Assembly (NCBI RefSeq): GCF_963921235.1
Contig: NC_086097.1
Coordinates: forward strand, 163,186,001-163,250,000
Length of the DNA: 64,000 bases
DNA from: Mobula hypostoma
Lineage: Eukaryota
Direction of reading: 5' to 3'
Part shown: in pieces, positions 1 to 12,169 of the stretch
Layout: every line of letters starts with the position of its first letter
Position numbering within the stretch: the first letter of the stretch is position 1
Program-made: the position numbers and the translations under genes
The notes under the pieces: generated by a model
What the model was told of the DNA's origin: nothing
Databases searched by the model: none
What the model saw: the letters and a program-made list of their open reading frames with translations, nothing else

Positions 1-332
1 GCTGGTCATTGACTTCGTAAAGGGGGGGCTGTGCACATGTCCTAGCTACATCAATGGTGTTGAGGCTGAGACGATTGAGAGCTTTAAGTACCTAAAAGTG
101 AACATCACTGGTAGTCTGTTCTCATCCCACCACGTTCATGTCTTGATCAAGAAAACTCAATAATACTTCTGCTTCCTCAAAAGTAACTTGACATGTCCCC
201 ACTGACCCTTGCTAACTTTTATTGATGCACCATAGAAAGCATTCTGTGTGGATGCATAATGGCTTTGTACGGTAACTGCTCTGCACATGACTACAGGAGA
301 CTTCAGAGAGTTGTAGACACCGTTCAGCACAT
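1..332 (+). mobile_element. Rex1/Babar-type LINE fragment (RT C-terminal region, degenerate)
   Basis: Begins LVIDFRKG, followed by decayed ING/ESFKYL/TIESIL..CI/LQRVV motifs shared with the other Rex1 copies in the window; frameshifted. Confidence 0.7.
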
Positions 333-1648
333 CATATACCTGTTCCCAACCTGTATCCTGTAAAAATGCTATTCCCTTTTCTCAGTTTCATAATCTCTGC
401 TTCATCTTTTCCCAGGATGTGGCTTTCCTTTCTAGGTTTCCCTTTCTTCAACATTCCTGCTGCCCTCACCCGCATCTCCTCCATTTCCTGAACATCCACA
501 CTTACATCCACAATTCCCTTCCCCTCCTCTCTTATTCTATTCTGCACTCTGTCCTCTTACCTCTTCTCACCTGTCTTTCACCTCCCCTGTGTTCCTTCCT
601 CCCTTTCTTTCTTGTATGGCTCACTCTCCTCTCCCATCAGATTCCTTCCTCCCCAGTCCTTTACCTTTCCTACCCACCTGGCTTCTATCACCTTCTAGCT
701 AGCCTCCTTCCCCTGCTCCAACCTTTTTACTCTGGCATCTTCCCCTTTTCTTTCCAATCCTGTAGAAGGATTCAGCCTGAAATGTCAAATATTTACTCCC
801 TTCCATGGATGCTATGCTGCCTGAACTGCTGAGTTTCTCTGGTATTCTGTGTGTGTGTGTGTGTGTGTGCGTGTGTGTGTGCGTGTGTGTGCGTGTGTGT
901 GTGTGTGTGTGCGTGTGTGTGTGTGTGTGCGTGTGTGTGTGCGTGTGTGCGTGTGCGTGTGTGTGTGTGTGTGCGTGTGTGTGTGTGTGCGTGCGTGCGT
1001 GTGTGTGTGTGTGCGTGCGTGCGTGTGTGTGTGCGTGCGTGCGTGTGCGTGTGTGCGTGTGCGTGTGTGTGCGTGCGTGTGTGTGTGTGCGTGTGTGTGC
1101 GTGTGCGTGTGCGTGTGTGTGTGTGTGCGTGCGTGTGTGTGTGTGTGCGTGTGCGTGTGTGTGTGTGTGTGCATGCGTGTGTGTGTGTGCGTGTGTGTGT
1201 GTGTGCGTGTGCGTGTGTGTGTGCGTGTGTGCGTGTGCGTGTGCGTGCGTGCATGTGTGTGCGTGTGCGTGTGCGTGTGTGTGTGCGTGCGTGTGTGTGT
1301 GCGTGTGCGTGTGTGTGTGTGTGTGCGCGTGTGTGTGCATGCGTGTGTGTGTGTGTGCATGTGTGTGTGTGCGTGTGTGTGTGCGCGTGTGTGTGCGTGT
1401 GTGTGTGTGCGTGTGTGTGTGCGTGTGCGTGTGTGCGTGTGTGTGTGTGTGCATGTGTGTGTGCGTGTGTGTGTGTGTGCGTGTGTGTGTGTGCGTGCGT
1501 GTGTGTGTGTGTGCGTGTGCGTGTGTGTGTGTGTGCGCGTGTGCGTGTGTGTGCGTGTGTGTGTGTGCGTGTGTGTGTGTGTGTGTGCGTGTGTGTGTGT
1601 GTGTGTGTTGCTTTGGATTTCCAGCATCTGCAGAATTTCTTGTGTTTA
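333..1648 (+). mobile_element. Penelope-like element remnant (ORF fragment, pyrimidine-rich 3' UTR, degenerate pLTR and tail)
   Basis: TGTAAAAATGCTATTCCCTTTTCTCAGTTT encodes CKNAIPFSQF, a PLE RT-linker motif. Decayed hammerhead region at ~757-790. The terminus TTGCTTTGGATTTCCAGCATCTGCAGAATTTCTTGTGTTT matches the other PLE ends in the window. Confidence 0.75.
848..1608. repeat. ~760 bp compound (TG)n/(CG)n microsatellite, alternating purine-pyrimidine
   Basis: Directly visible; lies within the TGTGTGTTGC tract of the PLE terminus. Confidence 0.98.
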
Positions 1649-2484
1649 GATTCTATGCAATGACAGTACTGTTGAGAAGCCTTAGAACAATTGAGTATAG
1701 CTTAGCCAAATTTAGAGGTGAGAGTAGGAGTTGAGGCAGAAATGAAATTATGGCTCAGGCGTGAAGGGAAACAATTTAAATAGCTTAATAGAGTTTGAGT
1801 ATTAATGCTACTTCGAAACCTGGCACTCAAATGAGATGTTGGAGTGGTAATTGAAGTATATGGGACAAAGATATATCTAGTGAAAATAGGCCTTGAAATC
1901 ATAATTATATATGTAAATAACTTAGTTTCTGTGACTAACTTGCAAGAGAATATTGCAGAGTTATGCGATTAGGAGTGTATTCTAAAAGGTGATCCAGTGG
2001 GGATTGTGGAAGAAACAGCACAAGGTTCTATTGGATTGAGTCAAAAAGTGACACCTTCCTCAGGTCCAGTGGTTATGATGCTAACAACAGAAGCTCCTTT
2101 GAGAAGACCAGAGATTTGCAAAACTTGTAGATAGTCTAAGTCTGTAAATAATGTGAATAAATGCATCACTCTTCCTTTGTAATAAAGGGGGAAGGTAGAA
2201 AACTGGACAAAATATATGATGTGTTTGCATGATAAATACTGTATATATGCAAAAATGCAGACTGTAGATAGCAAGTAGAATAAGTCAGATGCATACATAC
2301 TTACAGCCTTCCACGTCTCCTGTTTTAACACAGACTCTGAATTGCTGGAGTTTGAGAGATGTTATCAGAGTATCCTGGAAGAGTAACCACATTGCATTTC
2401 ATGGTACATACTGCATCAAAATTGTATCTTGTTAAATCACATCATTTCAGTTCTAATTGGATCTGTATATATGGATATTTTGGA

Positions 2485-2865
2485 GTGGGTGCAGAAGAGG
2501 TTCGCCAGGATGCTACCTGGATTAGCTGTAAGGAGAGTTTCCACAAACTTGACTTGTTTTCTTTGGAGCATCAGAGGCTGAGGGGAGACCTGCTAGATGT
2601 ATATAATATTTTGAAAGACAGAGCCTTTTCAGGTTAGAAAGTCAGAGCCTTTTCCCCAGGGTGCATATATCAAATGCTAGAGAACATAGCTTTAAGGTGA
2701 TGGGGGCATTTTAAAGGAGATGTGAGGGGTTCGCTTTTTCTTACACACATGGAGTGGTAGGTACTCAGAAGATACTGCTTGGTTGGTGCTGGAAACAGAT
2801 ATGATACTGGTGTTTAGGAGGCATATTTGTAGGGAATGGAGGGATAAGTATTCTGTGTAGGCAGC
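2485..2865 (+). mobile_element. CR1 LINE 3' fragment
   Basis: VQKRFARML...LDLFSLEHQRLRGDLLDVYNILK, the CR1 ORF2 C-terminal motif. Confidence 0.8.
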
Positions 2866-4040
2866 TGTCAGTCTTCCACACTTAGACTTCTCCCAGTCTC
2901 CACTCAGCTAACAGAAGTCCACCCGCCACTCGTTTCCAACTTCATCACCTAGAGCCTGTTGAAACCCAGCTCTCACTCACAATCTGTTTTTCCTCAACCA
3001 GTTGCTCCTCGTCTTCAGCTGCCTTGTTGTGTTAAGCATCTTTTCTCTTGTTTTGTGGCTCATTATTTTGTAGTTTGTTGCTAAAGTGACTGCTCACTGT
3101 TAAATAATCTCAGCTGCTTTGTGTTTGGGTCAAGCCCCCTCTACATTTACTGACAGGATAAGGGAACCAGCATTTGACACAGCAGAATTTGCTTGCTGGA
3201 AGGAAGGCATCTGTCAATATGAGTACAGGAGCCAGAAGCAGCAGGAAACCATTGACCATCTGCTTGCCCCTCTTGACCAACTCTGTCTTGATACAGCATC
3301 CCCATGCCAATCAACCTCCTCCCTCGCAGCCTGGATTCTGGTCCCTGAATTCTTTGACAAATCTCCAACCTGATGCCGCAACTTCCGGTCCCTGTGTGCC
3401 TTAAGCTTCAAGCTCCAGCTAACACTATATGATATGGACTGAGCCAAGATCGCATTTGTCACTTCTCTTTTGACTGGGCAAGCTCTGACCTAGGCTACTG
3501 CTAAGTGGAACGCTGAAACCACCATTTTCAATAAAGGGGGAATTTACCAATAAGATGTGTTGGGTTTTTTCAACATCCAGGAATAGGAATGGGGGAGCAG
3601 TGGATTGGATACTTTACCTGTGTCAAGGCTCATGTTTGGTGCTGGATTACACTGTGGAATTCAGCACTTTGGTGGTAGAGTGAGGCTGAAATTTGGAAGT
3701 GTTGCTGGCCTATTGTCATCACGGCCTCTTGGAGTGCTGTCTATGCTGGAGGCACTCACTGATCTCGACAGCCACATGAGTCTGGACCTCTGAATTGAGA
3801 AGCGTCTTATGGAATGTCTCTCCAGGTCATCAGCCAGAATCCCAGTTTGGTTCTCAGAAACATTTCAGGCTGCAGGACCCTCACTAATGCTTCCAGAATC
3901 CACGGAATTAGGGAGAGCTCTCTTAACCCCCTCCCCAAGAGTATTGGTGCAAAGCAACTGGTGTGCCGACTGTGCATCCACCAATCACCCACGAATCAGT
4001 TGACCACTGCATTCTGGGAAATGGCACTGCCAGGCACATC
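2866..4040 (+). mobile_element. Gypsy/Ty3 LTR retrotransposon remnant (putative LTR and decayed gag)
   Basis: Starts with TG and interrupts a CR1. ~3441-3510 reads AKIAFVTSLLTGQALT*ATAKW, resembling the sushi-type gag motif LLTGxALxWATAxW. Confidence 0.55.
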
Positions 4041-7000
4041 ATTATTCTCATGAACCTCCTCTGAACCCTCTCCATTGTCAGCACACCCTTTCTTCGATAG
4101 GGGACCCAAAACTGCACACAATACTCCAAGTGAAGCCTCACCAGTGTTTTACAAAGCCTCAGCATTACACCCTTGCTTTTATTTTCTAGTCCTCTTGAAA
4201 TGAATACTAACATTGCATTTGCCTTCCTCAGCACAGACTCAATTGTAATGTTAACCTTTAGGGAATTCTGCATGAGGACTCCCAAGTCCCTTTGCACCTC
4301 AGATTTTTGAATTTTCTCCCTGTTAAGAAAATAGTCTATACTTTAATTCCTTCTGCCAAAGCACACAATCAAACACTTCCCTGAACTATATTCCATCTGA
4401 CCTCTTCTTTGCCCATTCTCCAAGTCTGACTAAACCCTTCTGCAGCCTTCCTGCTTTCTCACACTACCTGGCCCTCCACCTATCTTCATATTGTCTGCAA
4501 ACTTGGCCACAAAACCATCAATCCCATCATTCAGATCATTGACATACAAACTGAAAAGAAGCATTCCCAACACCGACCCCTGCGAAAAACCACTGGTCAC
4601 CAACAGCCAGTCAGAAAAGGCTCCCTTTACTCCCACTCTTTGCCTCCTGCCTGTCAGCCAATGCTCTATCCATGCTTGTATCTTTCCTGTAATTCCATGT
4701 GCTCTTATCTTGCTATGCTGCCTCATGTGTGGCACCTCGTCAAAGGCCTTCAGAAAATCCAAGTACACAATGTCCACCAATTCTCCTTTGTCTATCCTGT
4801 TTGTTATTTCCTCAAGGAATTCCAACAGTTTTGTCAGGCATGAATTTCACTTAAGGAAACCATATTAACATTGGCCTATTTTATCATGTGAGTCCAGGTA
4901 CCACGAAACCTCATCCTTAACAATCGACTCTAACATCTTTCCAATCATTGAAGTCAGGCTAACTGGCCAATAATTTCTTTTCTTCTGTCTCCCCCCCTTC
5001 TCGAAGAGTGGAGTGGCATTTGCAATTTTCCAGTCCTCCGGACCCATTCCAGACCTTATTGATTCTTGAAAGCTCATTCAGCTGCATCAGCAAGGGAGAT
5101 GAGGTTGAGTACAGGGCTGCGGTAGGAAACTTTGTCACATGGTGTGAGCAGAATTATCTGCAGCTTAATGTGAAAAAGACTAAGGAGTTGGTGGTAGACC
5201 TGAGGAGAGCTAAGGTACCGGTGACCCCTGTTTCCATCCAGGGGGTCAGTGTGGACATGGTGGAGGATTACAAATACCTGGGATACAAATTGATGATAAA
5301 CTGGACTGGTCAAAGAACACTGAGGCAGTCTACAAGAAGGGTCAGAGCTATCTCTATTTCCTGAGGAGACTGAGGTCCTTTAACTTCTGCCGGGCGATGC
5401 TGAGGATGTTCAATGAGTCTGTGGTGGCCAGTGCTATCATGTTTGCTGTTGTGTGCTGGGGCAGCAGGCTGAGAGTAGCAGACACCAATAGAATCAACAA
5501 ACTCATTCGTAAGGCGAGTGATGTTGTAGGGATGGAACTGGACTCTCTCACGGTGGTGTCTGAAAAGAAGATGCTGTCTAAGTTGCATGCCATCTTGGTC
5601 AATGTCTCCCATCCACTACATAATGTACTGGGTGGGCACAGGAGTACATTCAGCCAGAGACTCATTCCACCGAGATGCAGCACAGAGCGTCATAGGAAGT
5701 CATTCCTGCCTGTGGCCATCAAACTTTACAACTCCTCCCTTGGAGGGTCAGACACCCTGAGCCAATAGGCTGGTCCTGGACTTATTTCATAATTTACTGG
5801 CATAATTTACATATTACTATTTAACTATTTATGGTTTTATTACTATTTCTTATTTGTGGTGCAACTGTAACGAAAACCAATTTCCCCCGGGATCAATGAA
5901 GTATGACTATGACTATGACTACGACTATCATTACTAATGCCTCCAAAATCTCTTCAGCTACTTCTTTCAGAATAGTGGGGAGCAGTCCATCTGGTCCAGG
6001 TGACTTATCTACTTTCAGATCTCTCAGCTTCTGAAGCATCTTCTCCTTAATAATAGCAACTGCACTCTCTTCTGCCCCTTGACACTCAAACTTCCAATAT
6101 ACTGCTGGTGTCTTCTACAGGGAAGACTGATGCAAAATACTTTTTCAGTTCATCCGCTATTTCCTTGTCCCCCATTACTAACCCTCCAGTATAATTTTCC
6201 AGTGGTCCACAATATCTACTTCTGCCTCTCTTTTAAATTTTATGTATCTGAAGAAACTTTTGGTATCTTCTTTAATACTATTGGCTAGCTTACTTTCATA
6301 TTCCATCTTTATGACATTTTTAGTTGTCATCTGTCAGTTTTTTAAAGCTTCCCAATCCTCTAACTTCTCACTAATTTTGCTCTATTAAATGCCCTCTCTT
6401 TTGCTTTTATGTTGGCCTTGACTTCCCCTGTCAGCCACGGCTGCATTATCTTGCCATTAGAATACTTCTTTGGGATGTATCTATGCAGCACCTTCCAAAT
6501 TGCTCTGAGAATCTCTAGCTATTGCTGCCTTGCTGTCATCCCTGCTAGTGCCCCCTTCCAGTCAACTATGCCCATCTCTTCTTTCGTGCCACTGTAATTC
6601 CTTTTACTCCACTATAACACGGATACATCTGACTTTAGCTTCTCCCCCTCAAATTGTAGGATGAATTCTATCATAATATGATCACTGACTCCTAAGGGTT
6701 CCTTTACCTCAAGAACCTATTCAAATCTGTTTCATTATACAACACCCAATCCAGTTTAGCTGATCCCCTAGTGAGCTTAATCACAAGCTGCTCTAAAAAG
6801 CCATCTTGCAGGTATTCTACAAACTCCTTCTCTTGATTTTCTCAATCTACCTGCATATTGAAATCCCCCATGACTATCGAAATACTGGCTACCTTTCTGA
6901 GGCACAGTACTATAGGTAACTTAACTCCCATCTGGATCTTTTTATCCTTGCAGTTTCTTAACTCTGCCCACAAGGATTGTACATCTTCTGATCCTATGTC

Positions 7001-7390
7001 ACTTCTTTCTAAGGATTTGATTTCATTTTTACCATCAGAGCAACATTATCCCCTCTGCCTATCTGCCTGTCCTTTTGATACAAGCTCAGAATTATAATCT
7101 TTCTTCAGCCATAACTCAGTGATGCTCACCATCTCTAAATGCACTACACAAATTTATCTTATTCCATATATTGTGTGCACTCAAATACCTTTAGTACTAT
7201 ATTTGTCACCTTATCAGTTTTGTCCTCCTGTTGCACTGCAACTAATTCCACTTCTGTAATTTTGTCCTATCCTCTGTCCTTACAGTGTCACTACATACTG
7301 CCTCTGCTTGTATGCCAACTGTCTCATCCTCAGCCCCATCATCTTGGTTCCCATCCCTCCTCTACATTTCCTGAAGCAGCTAAGTTTAGT
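4040..7390 (-). mobile_element. CR1 LINE, decayed ORF2 (endonuclease and RT), interrupted by Rex1
   Basis: PEDWKIANATPLFEKG, YLDFLKAFDEVPH, QGSVLG, KFADNMK and RLHLEYCVQFW in minus-strand ORFs. Confidence 0.9.
5079..5927 (+). mobile_element. Rex1/Babar LINE, 5'-truncated and relatively well preserved, with (GACTAT)n tail
   Basis: WCEQNYLQLNVKKTKELVVDLRR...HPLH...KSFLPVAIKLYN. Tail at 5905-5927. TCATT duplicated at 5074-5078 and 5928-5932. Confidence 0.9.
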
Positions 7391-8094
7391 TTAACTTGGC
7401 ATCATAATTGGCATAGATATCATGAGTCAGGGGGTCTATTCCTACATTGAACTTTTCTATGGTTGCCTGGAGTGGATTTATCCCACATGTAGTGTCCTGT
7501 CCACGCTAAAATATGTGATCACATCTAGAGCAGAAGTCAGAATTGAATTGGCCTCAATGTTTCAGGGAAAAGGAGAGGAAATTATTTGGTATTCCATCCC
7601 TGAACCAACATTGGATCAGGGGAAAAAATCAGGAGTTGGATAGTGCTGGACCTCGGCACCACCCTCTCCTCCTGTACATTTCCACTCACCCATACACGGG
7701 TGCATGGATGCCATCGATGACCTTCAACAGAAGGCAAAGCTCTTGATGATTTAAGAGAATTTTAAGGTCTCTGACTTTTAGAGGCAGTTAAAGAGGCATT
7801 GAAATTTAAGTAAAGGATTAAAAACAGGGTATTGTTTTAGGTTAATTAAAACATTTAGAAATGTAAAAATGATTTTTTGGACTTGCCTTTCCCTTTGTCT
7901 TCTAATGAACAGGTCTAAAATCCCATTGAAATCAATAGGGTGTTGGATCATTATGCCAGAGCTGTCTTAGGACATGATTTGCAGAATGTAAAAATGGAGA
8001 ATAGTGACAGGTAGAATGTCACTGTAATCAGAAGGACTTGTCTCCCTGATTGACAGCGCATGTGCAGGCAATCAAGGCAGCTCTGCCCCTGACC

Positions 8095-9908
8095 TCAACT
8101 CTTCTTCTGCCACCTATAAATTTGCTGATGCTGTGTACATACATCTATTGATGCTTCTGGACACATCTTCAGTGATGTTCCTGGAATCATCGGGTGTTTC
8201 GGGTCTTTCAACATCATACAACCTCCTTCAGGTGACCCAGCCAGGGCTGATCAGACCCCAGCTTGTGTCCAGATGGCTAGCTACTTATGACTCCATGGCT
8301 CCCCTCGTTTGAGCCACAGCCATCTTGAGGCCCTCTCTGCCGCATCGGTGGTACTGCGGATGGCTCTCCTCTTCCTCTCTCCCTCGATGCCCAAAATGCT
8401 GAAGACTCTAACTAAAGAACGGGCTACGAATCCCCTACAACCAGCCTCCACTGGGAGACACCTCGCTCTCCATTCAGCATGGCTTGTAGCTTCCTATCAA
8501 CCCCTCCCTTTGCCCCTCCAGAATTTGGTTAACATCTTCATCAAACTGCCTCCACAGTGGAGTCATGTTAGCTGCAGGCCATTTGATCCACCTCCTGTTA
8601 GACTTCATGTTAGAGGGATTAGTTTGCAACACTTGGAGGTTCTGGGCACTATGGGGTGACTCCGGGCCTGGCCCCTCCTTCGTCTCACCAGGTTGGACAC
8701 CTGCGCGTTGTGCTGCTCCTGCTCCCGCCAAACACTTCATCCTCGCTTGGTGGATCTTCAAGCCGCGATCGTTCTTGCAGATTTTGCCACATGCACACTG
8801 CTTCCTCATCGTTGTTTGTTCATTGCCTGGGTCTGACGTCGTTGTGTCCATCCGACTGGGGTGCTCATCCCCCCCGCCTCTCAGGCACCCCTGGGGGTAT
8901 CTTTTCCTTAGATTCTTTGTAGCTTTTGTGGGGGTCCTCCTTTCAGAGGACACAGATTGGGTCGCCAGTCTGTTCTGCCCTGGTTGCCGTCTCTACGGGC
9001 TGTCACTGACTCTCCAGTCGTCACCACTCTTTTCGCAGTAATTACAATCACTGTTGGTAGAACCTCAGATGGAGACGAGGGGGGGTGAACAGGAGTGAGA
9101 TGTGCCGGCTAAAGAGTGGTGTCGCAGCAACTATCTTGCACTCAATATCAGTAAGAGCAAAGAGCTGATTGTGAACTTCAGAAAGGGTAGGATGAGGGAA
9201 CACAAACCAATCCTCATAGAGGGATCAGAAATGGAGAGTGAGTAATTCCAAGTTCCTGGGTGTCAATATCTCTGAGGATGTAACACATATCGATGCAGCT
9301 ATAAAGAGGCAAGACAGTGGCTATATTTCATCAGGAGTGTGAGGAGATATGGTTTATCAACTAAAATACTCAAACCTCTACAGATGTATCGTGGAGAGCA
9401 TTCTGACTGGGTGCAACACTCTCTGGTATTGGTGGGGGGGGGTGGGGGATGCTACTGCACAGGATTGAAGAGAACTGCAGAGTGGTAAAATTAGTCAGCT
9501 CCATCGTGGGCTCTAGCCTCGATAGTATCAAGACATCTTCAAGGAGCAGTGCCTCAGAAAGGCGGCGTCCATCATTAAAGACCTCCACCACCCAGGACAT
9601 GCCCCCTCTTCATTGTTACTATCAGAAAGGAGGTTCAGAGGCCTGAAGGCACCCACTCAGCGATTCAAGAACAGCTTCTTCCCCTCTGCTATCTGATTTC
9701 TAAATGGGCATTGAACCCATGACACTACCTCACTACTTTTTAAAAAAAATCTGTTTTTGCACTACTTATTTTAATTAAATTATTAAATATACATATACAT
9801 ACTTACTGTAATTCAGTTTTTTCTATATCTATCATATATTGTATTGCACTACTGCTGCAAAGTTAACAGATTTCATAACATATGCCAGTGATATTAAACC
9901 TGATTCTG
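8095..9908 (+). mobile_element. Rex1/Babar LINE split by the HERO insertion
   Basis: YKFAD (8115-8129) resumes as TxxVGRxSDGDE at ~9043. Downstream KELIVNFRK and NSFFPSAI; ends ATTAAACCTGATTCTG. Confidence 0.8.
8131..9041 (-). mobile_element. Internally deleted RLE-type non-LTR retrotransposon (HERO clade-like)
   Basis: N-terminal zinc finger CACGKICKNDRGLKIHQARMKC and WIKWP..W..FDED are joined directly to the C-terminal WRARCLPVEAGCRGF...AERASRWLWLKRGEPWSHK* (8475-8281), followed by a 3' UTR. Confidence 0.75.
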
Positions 9909-11064
9909 GAATACCAAAATTTCCAGTTGAACTCATTGACTATCAGCAAAACCAGCCTGAAGGGGGAGCCTTTTCCATCTTTCAATTAGATCATGATGCA
10001 TCCATGCCTCAGTTCTATTTGTTTTAGGTCATCCCTGATCCCACCAGACCATTTAAGACTTCTGCTTACTTCATGTCTGGCAACTGCTAACAAACTAAAA
10101 ATCTGTCAGTCTCACCTTGACTCATTGATTCTATGGCTTTGTGTGGAAAAAGTTCCCAAATTCCTTTTTAATTGCTATATTTCTAAATTTAATGTTGTAC
10201 CCCTTGTCCTGGATCCTCCCTCCAGAGAAACTAGTTGGTCTACCCAGCAATTTCCTTTCTTGATCTAAAATCCATGATTACATTATCCTTCACCATTCTA
10301 AACTATTTTTATATCTTGCTGAATTATGTATCCAGTTCTCAGAAATAGTTCTTTAAGAGCTAGTATTTTCTAATTCAGTTCTTTTATTTTTCTTTGCCAA
10401 TGTTAAATATGTCTCTCCTGTGGTTTTGAGCCCAAAACTAACAACAAAGTTGCTCTGCCACGGTTTTGTAGAACTGTTCAGCTTCTTCTCTTTTTAATTA
10501 TCCCACCCCTAAAGATGGGACAATATTGCTTTAGCCTAATTTTAGCACGTATGCTAGTGATTTGTTTACTGGATACAACAAAATTCTTTGCTTATTCATA
10601 ATTAACATCTGTCACTTAGAAAACATTCTGATACATCATTCTTGGCTTCAAATACAATGACCTGGCTATTCCACACATTGAAAATTTAATCTGAAATGTC
10701 TCCATTCCTAAACTGGTGACAACAAATTAGCAGTTACAACTATCCTTGTATAACTCCAGTTTCTGATGTTACTGATAAAAAGCTGAAGTGCCTCCCTGGT
10801 ATCACTTCCTGTCCATAAGAATACCGTCCTTGTACACACACAAGGAAATGGAAGTAGGCCACCCTACCCCTCTATTCAATATGATCATGGCTGATCAGGT
10901 CTCATCTCATCCACCATGCCAGATCCCCATAGCCCTCAATACCACAATCTTCAAATAATTTATCTATCTCCATTTAAAACAAATGCTAATGAACTAACTT
11001 CCATGACTGTGATTGTGAATTCCAGAGATGCACTACCATCTGCAAAGGGAAATTCACGTGTGCT

Positions 11065-11342
11065 TGTTGCAGCAAGTGTCTTACTTATCCACTCATTGAA
11101 AGCCTCTCCCCTGTGGGAGGCAGGGATTGGCCCGGGTAAGGAGCATTGCACCCTCTCCCACTAGCTGTCTTTTAGCTGATGACGTCACAGTGCCGACAGA
11201 GTTTAAACCTAGAGTGTGGAAACCATGTGGCCTCTTCTTGCTCTCCGGGTTGCCACAGGCAGCCGGCACCAGGGAGGAACTAAACAGGTTGGTGTGCTAG
11301 AGTAAAGAGGGCCCAGGTGCACACTCTGGTTAAGTGTGTGCC

Positions 11343-11393
<51 letters not shown>

Positions 11394-11579
11394 ACTATCT
11401 GTTTGTCCTGCCCTGTTGGGCGCTCAGTTTACTTAAGTTTGTAACCGAGTGTAACTTGAAGGGATTACTGAATGTTTAGTAACTGTCTTGTCCAGGTAAA
11501 TAAATAGTTAACTTACTTAGTGGTAGTGAGTGTCTTCTAATCCCACTCACCGAACCTGCGAACCTGATTTCACACAACA
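11065..11579 (+). repeat. ERV 5' LTR (contains (TG)n at ~11345-11391)
   Basis: TGTTGCAGCAAGTGTC...GAACCTGATTTCACACAACA; AATAAA near 11500; homologous to 13387-14591. Confidence 0.85.
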
Positions 11580-11581
11580 AT

Positions 11582-11599
11582 TGGCGCTGCAAGTAGGGT
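11582..11599 (+). promoter_or_regulatory. Primer binding site, tRNA-Ser-like
   Basis: TGGCGCTGCAAGTAGGGT(TCG) two nt after the LTR; resembles the complement of tRNA-Ser 3' ends (TGGCGCAGCGAGCAGGGT). Confidence 0.65.
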
Positions 11600-12169
11600 T
11601 CGGTGATTGAACAGAAGATGAATCTCTTGAGAAGGGAAAATAAGGGAGCAACCCCCTGTGCCCTGTGTAACCAGTGTCAAGTCCTGGATTGGGCTGACAA
11701 CAGTGCTGGATTTGGGAGTCTTGCCAACATACTGGCAGACTACAGTCGCCCAAAGACTTGTCAGACAAGTTGGACACCCGTGGGGTGAAAATGGAACACC
11801 ATACTATGTCCGTAATTAATAAGAAAGGGCTCTCCAAGAGGGGGGTGAGCCAGACGGGTGATTTCTCACTTCTGGAATCCATACTAAAGCAGAAGTATGA
11901 GACAATCTCACAGAAGGAGAAAGAGGTGGATAGCTTGAGAAATTATGTGGAAGTGCTAAACCAGTGATGTGTTCCCATGGAGGAGGCGGCCTGCTCTGCA
12001 CAGGGTCAGGCTAAAGAGTTAGTGGATAAGAGTACAGGGAAGGCCTGTTGGCTAGTGAAGGTGCAGCAGTTAGAGACTGCCCACAGGGCTAACTGGTAAC
12101 CAGACCCCATTCAGGTCGGAGCCCTGATGTTGCAGGGAAGTGACCCCGACACGTGAATGGGGACATCAG

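Noticed and set aside
755..795. Hammerhead at the first PLE terminus (also 14855-14890 and both arms of 42677-42745)
   Set aside because: Core nucleotides are mutated; recorded only as decayed homologues.
699..1734. Long His/Thr- and Cys/Val-rich ORFs in six frames
   Set aside because: Translation artefacts of the stop-free (TG/CG)n microsatellite.
8160..8260. Hammerhead-like words in the HERO 3' UTR (minus strand TGATG...GACCCGAAACACCC)
   Set aside because: No CUGAnGA core or compatible stems; better read as a simple 3' hairpin.
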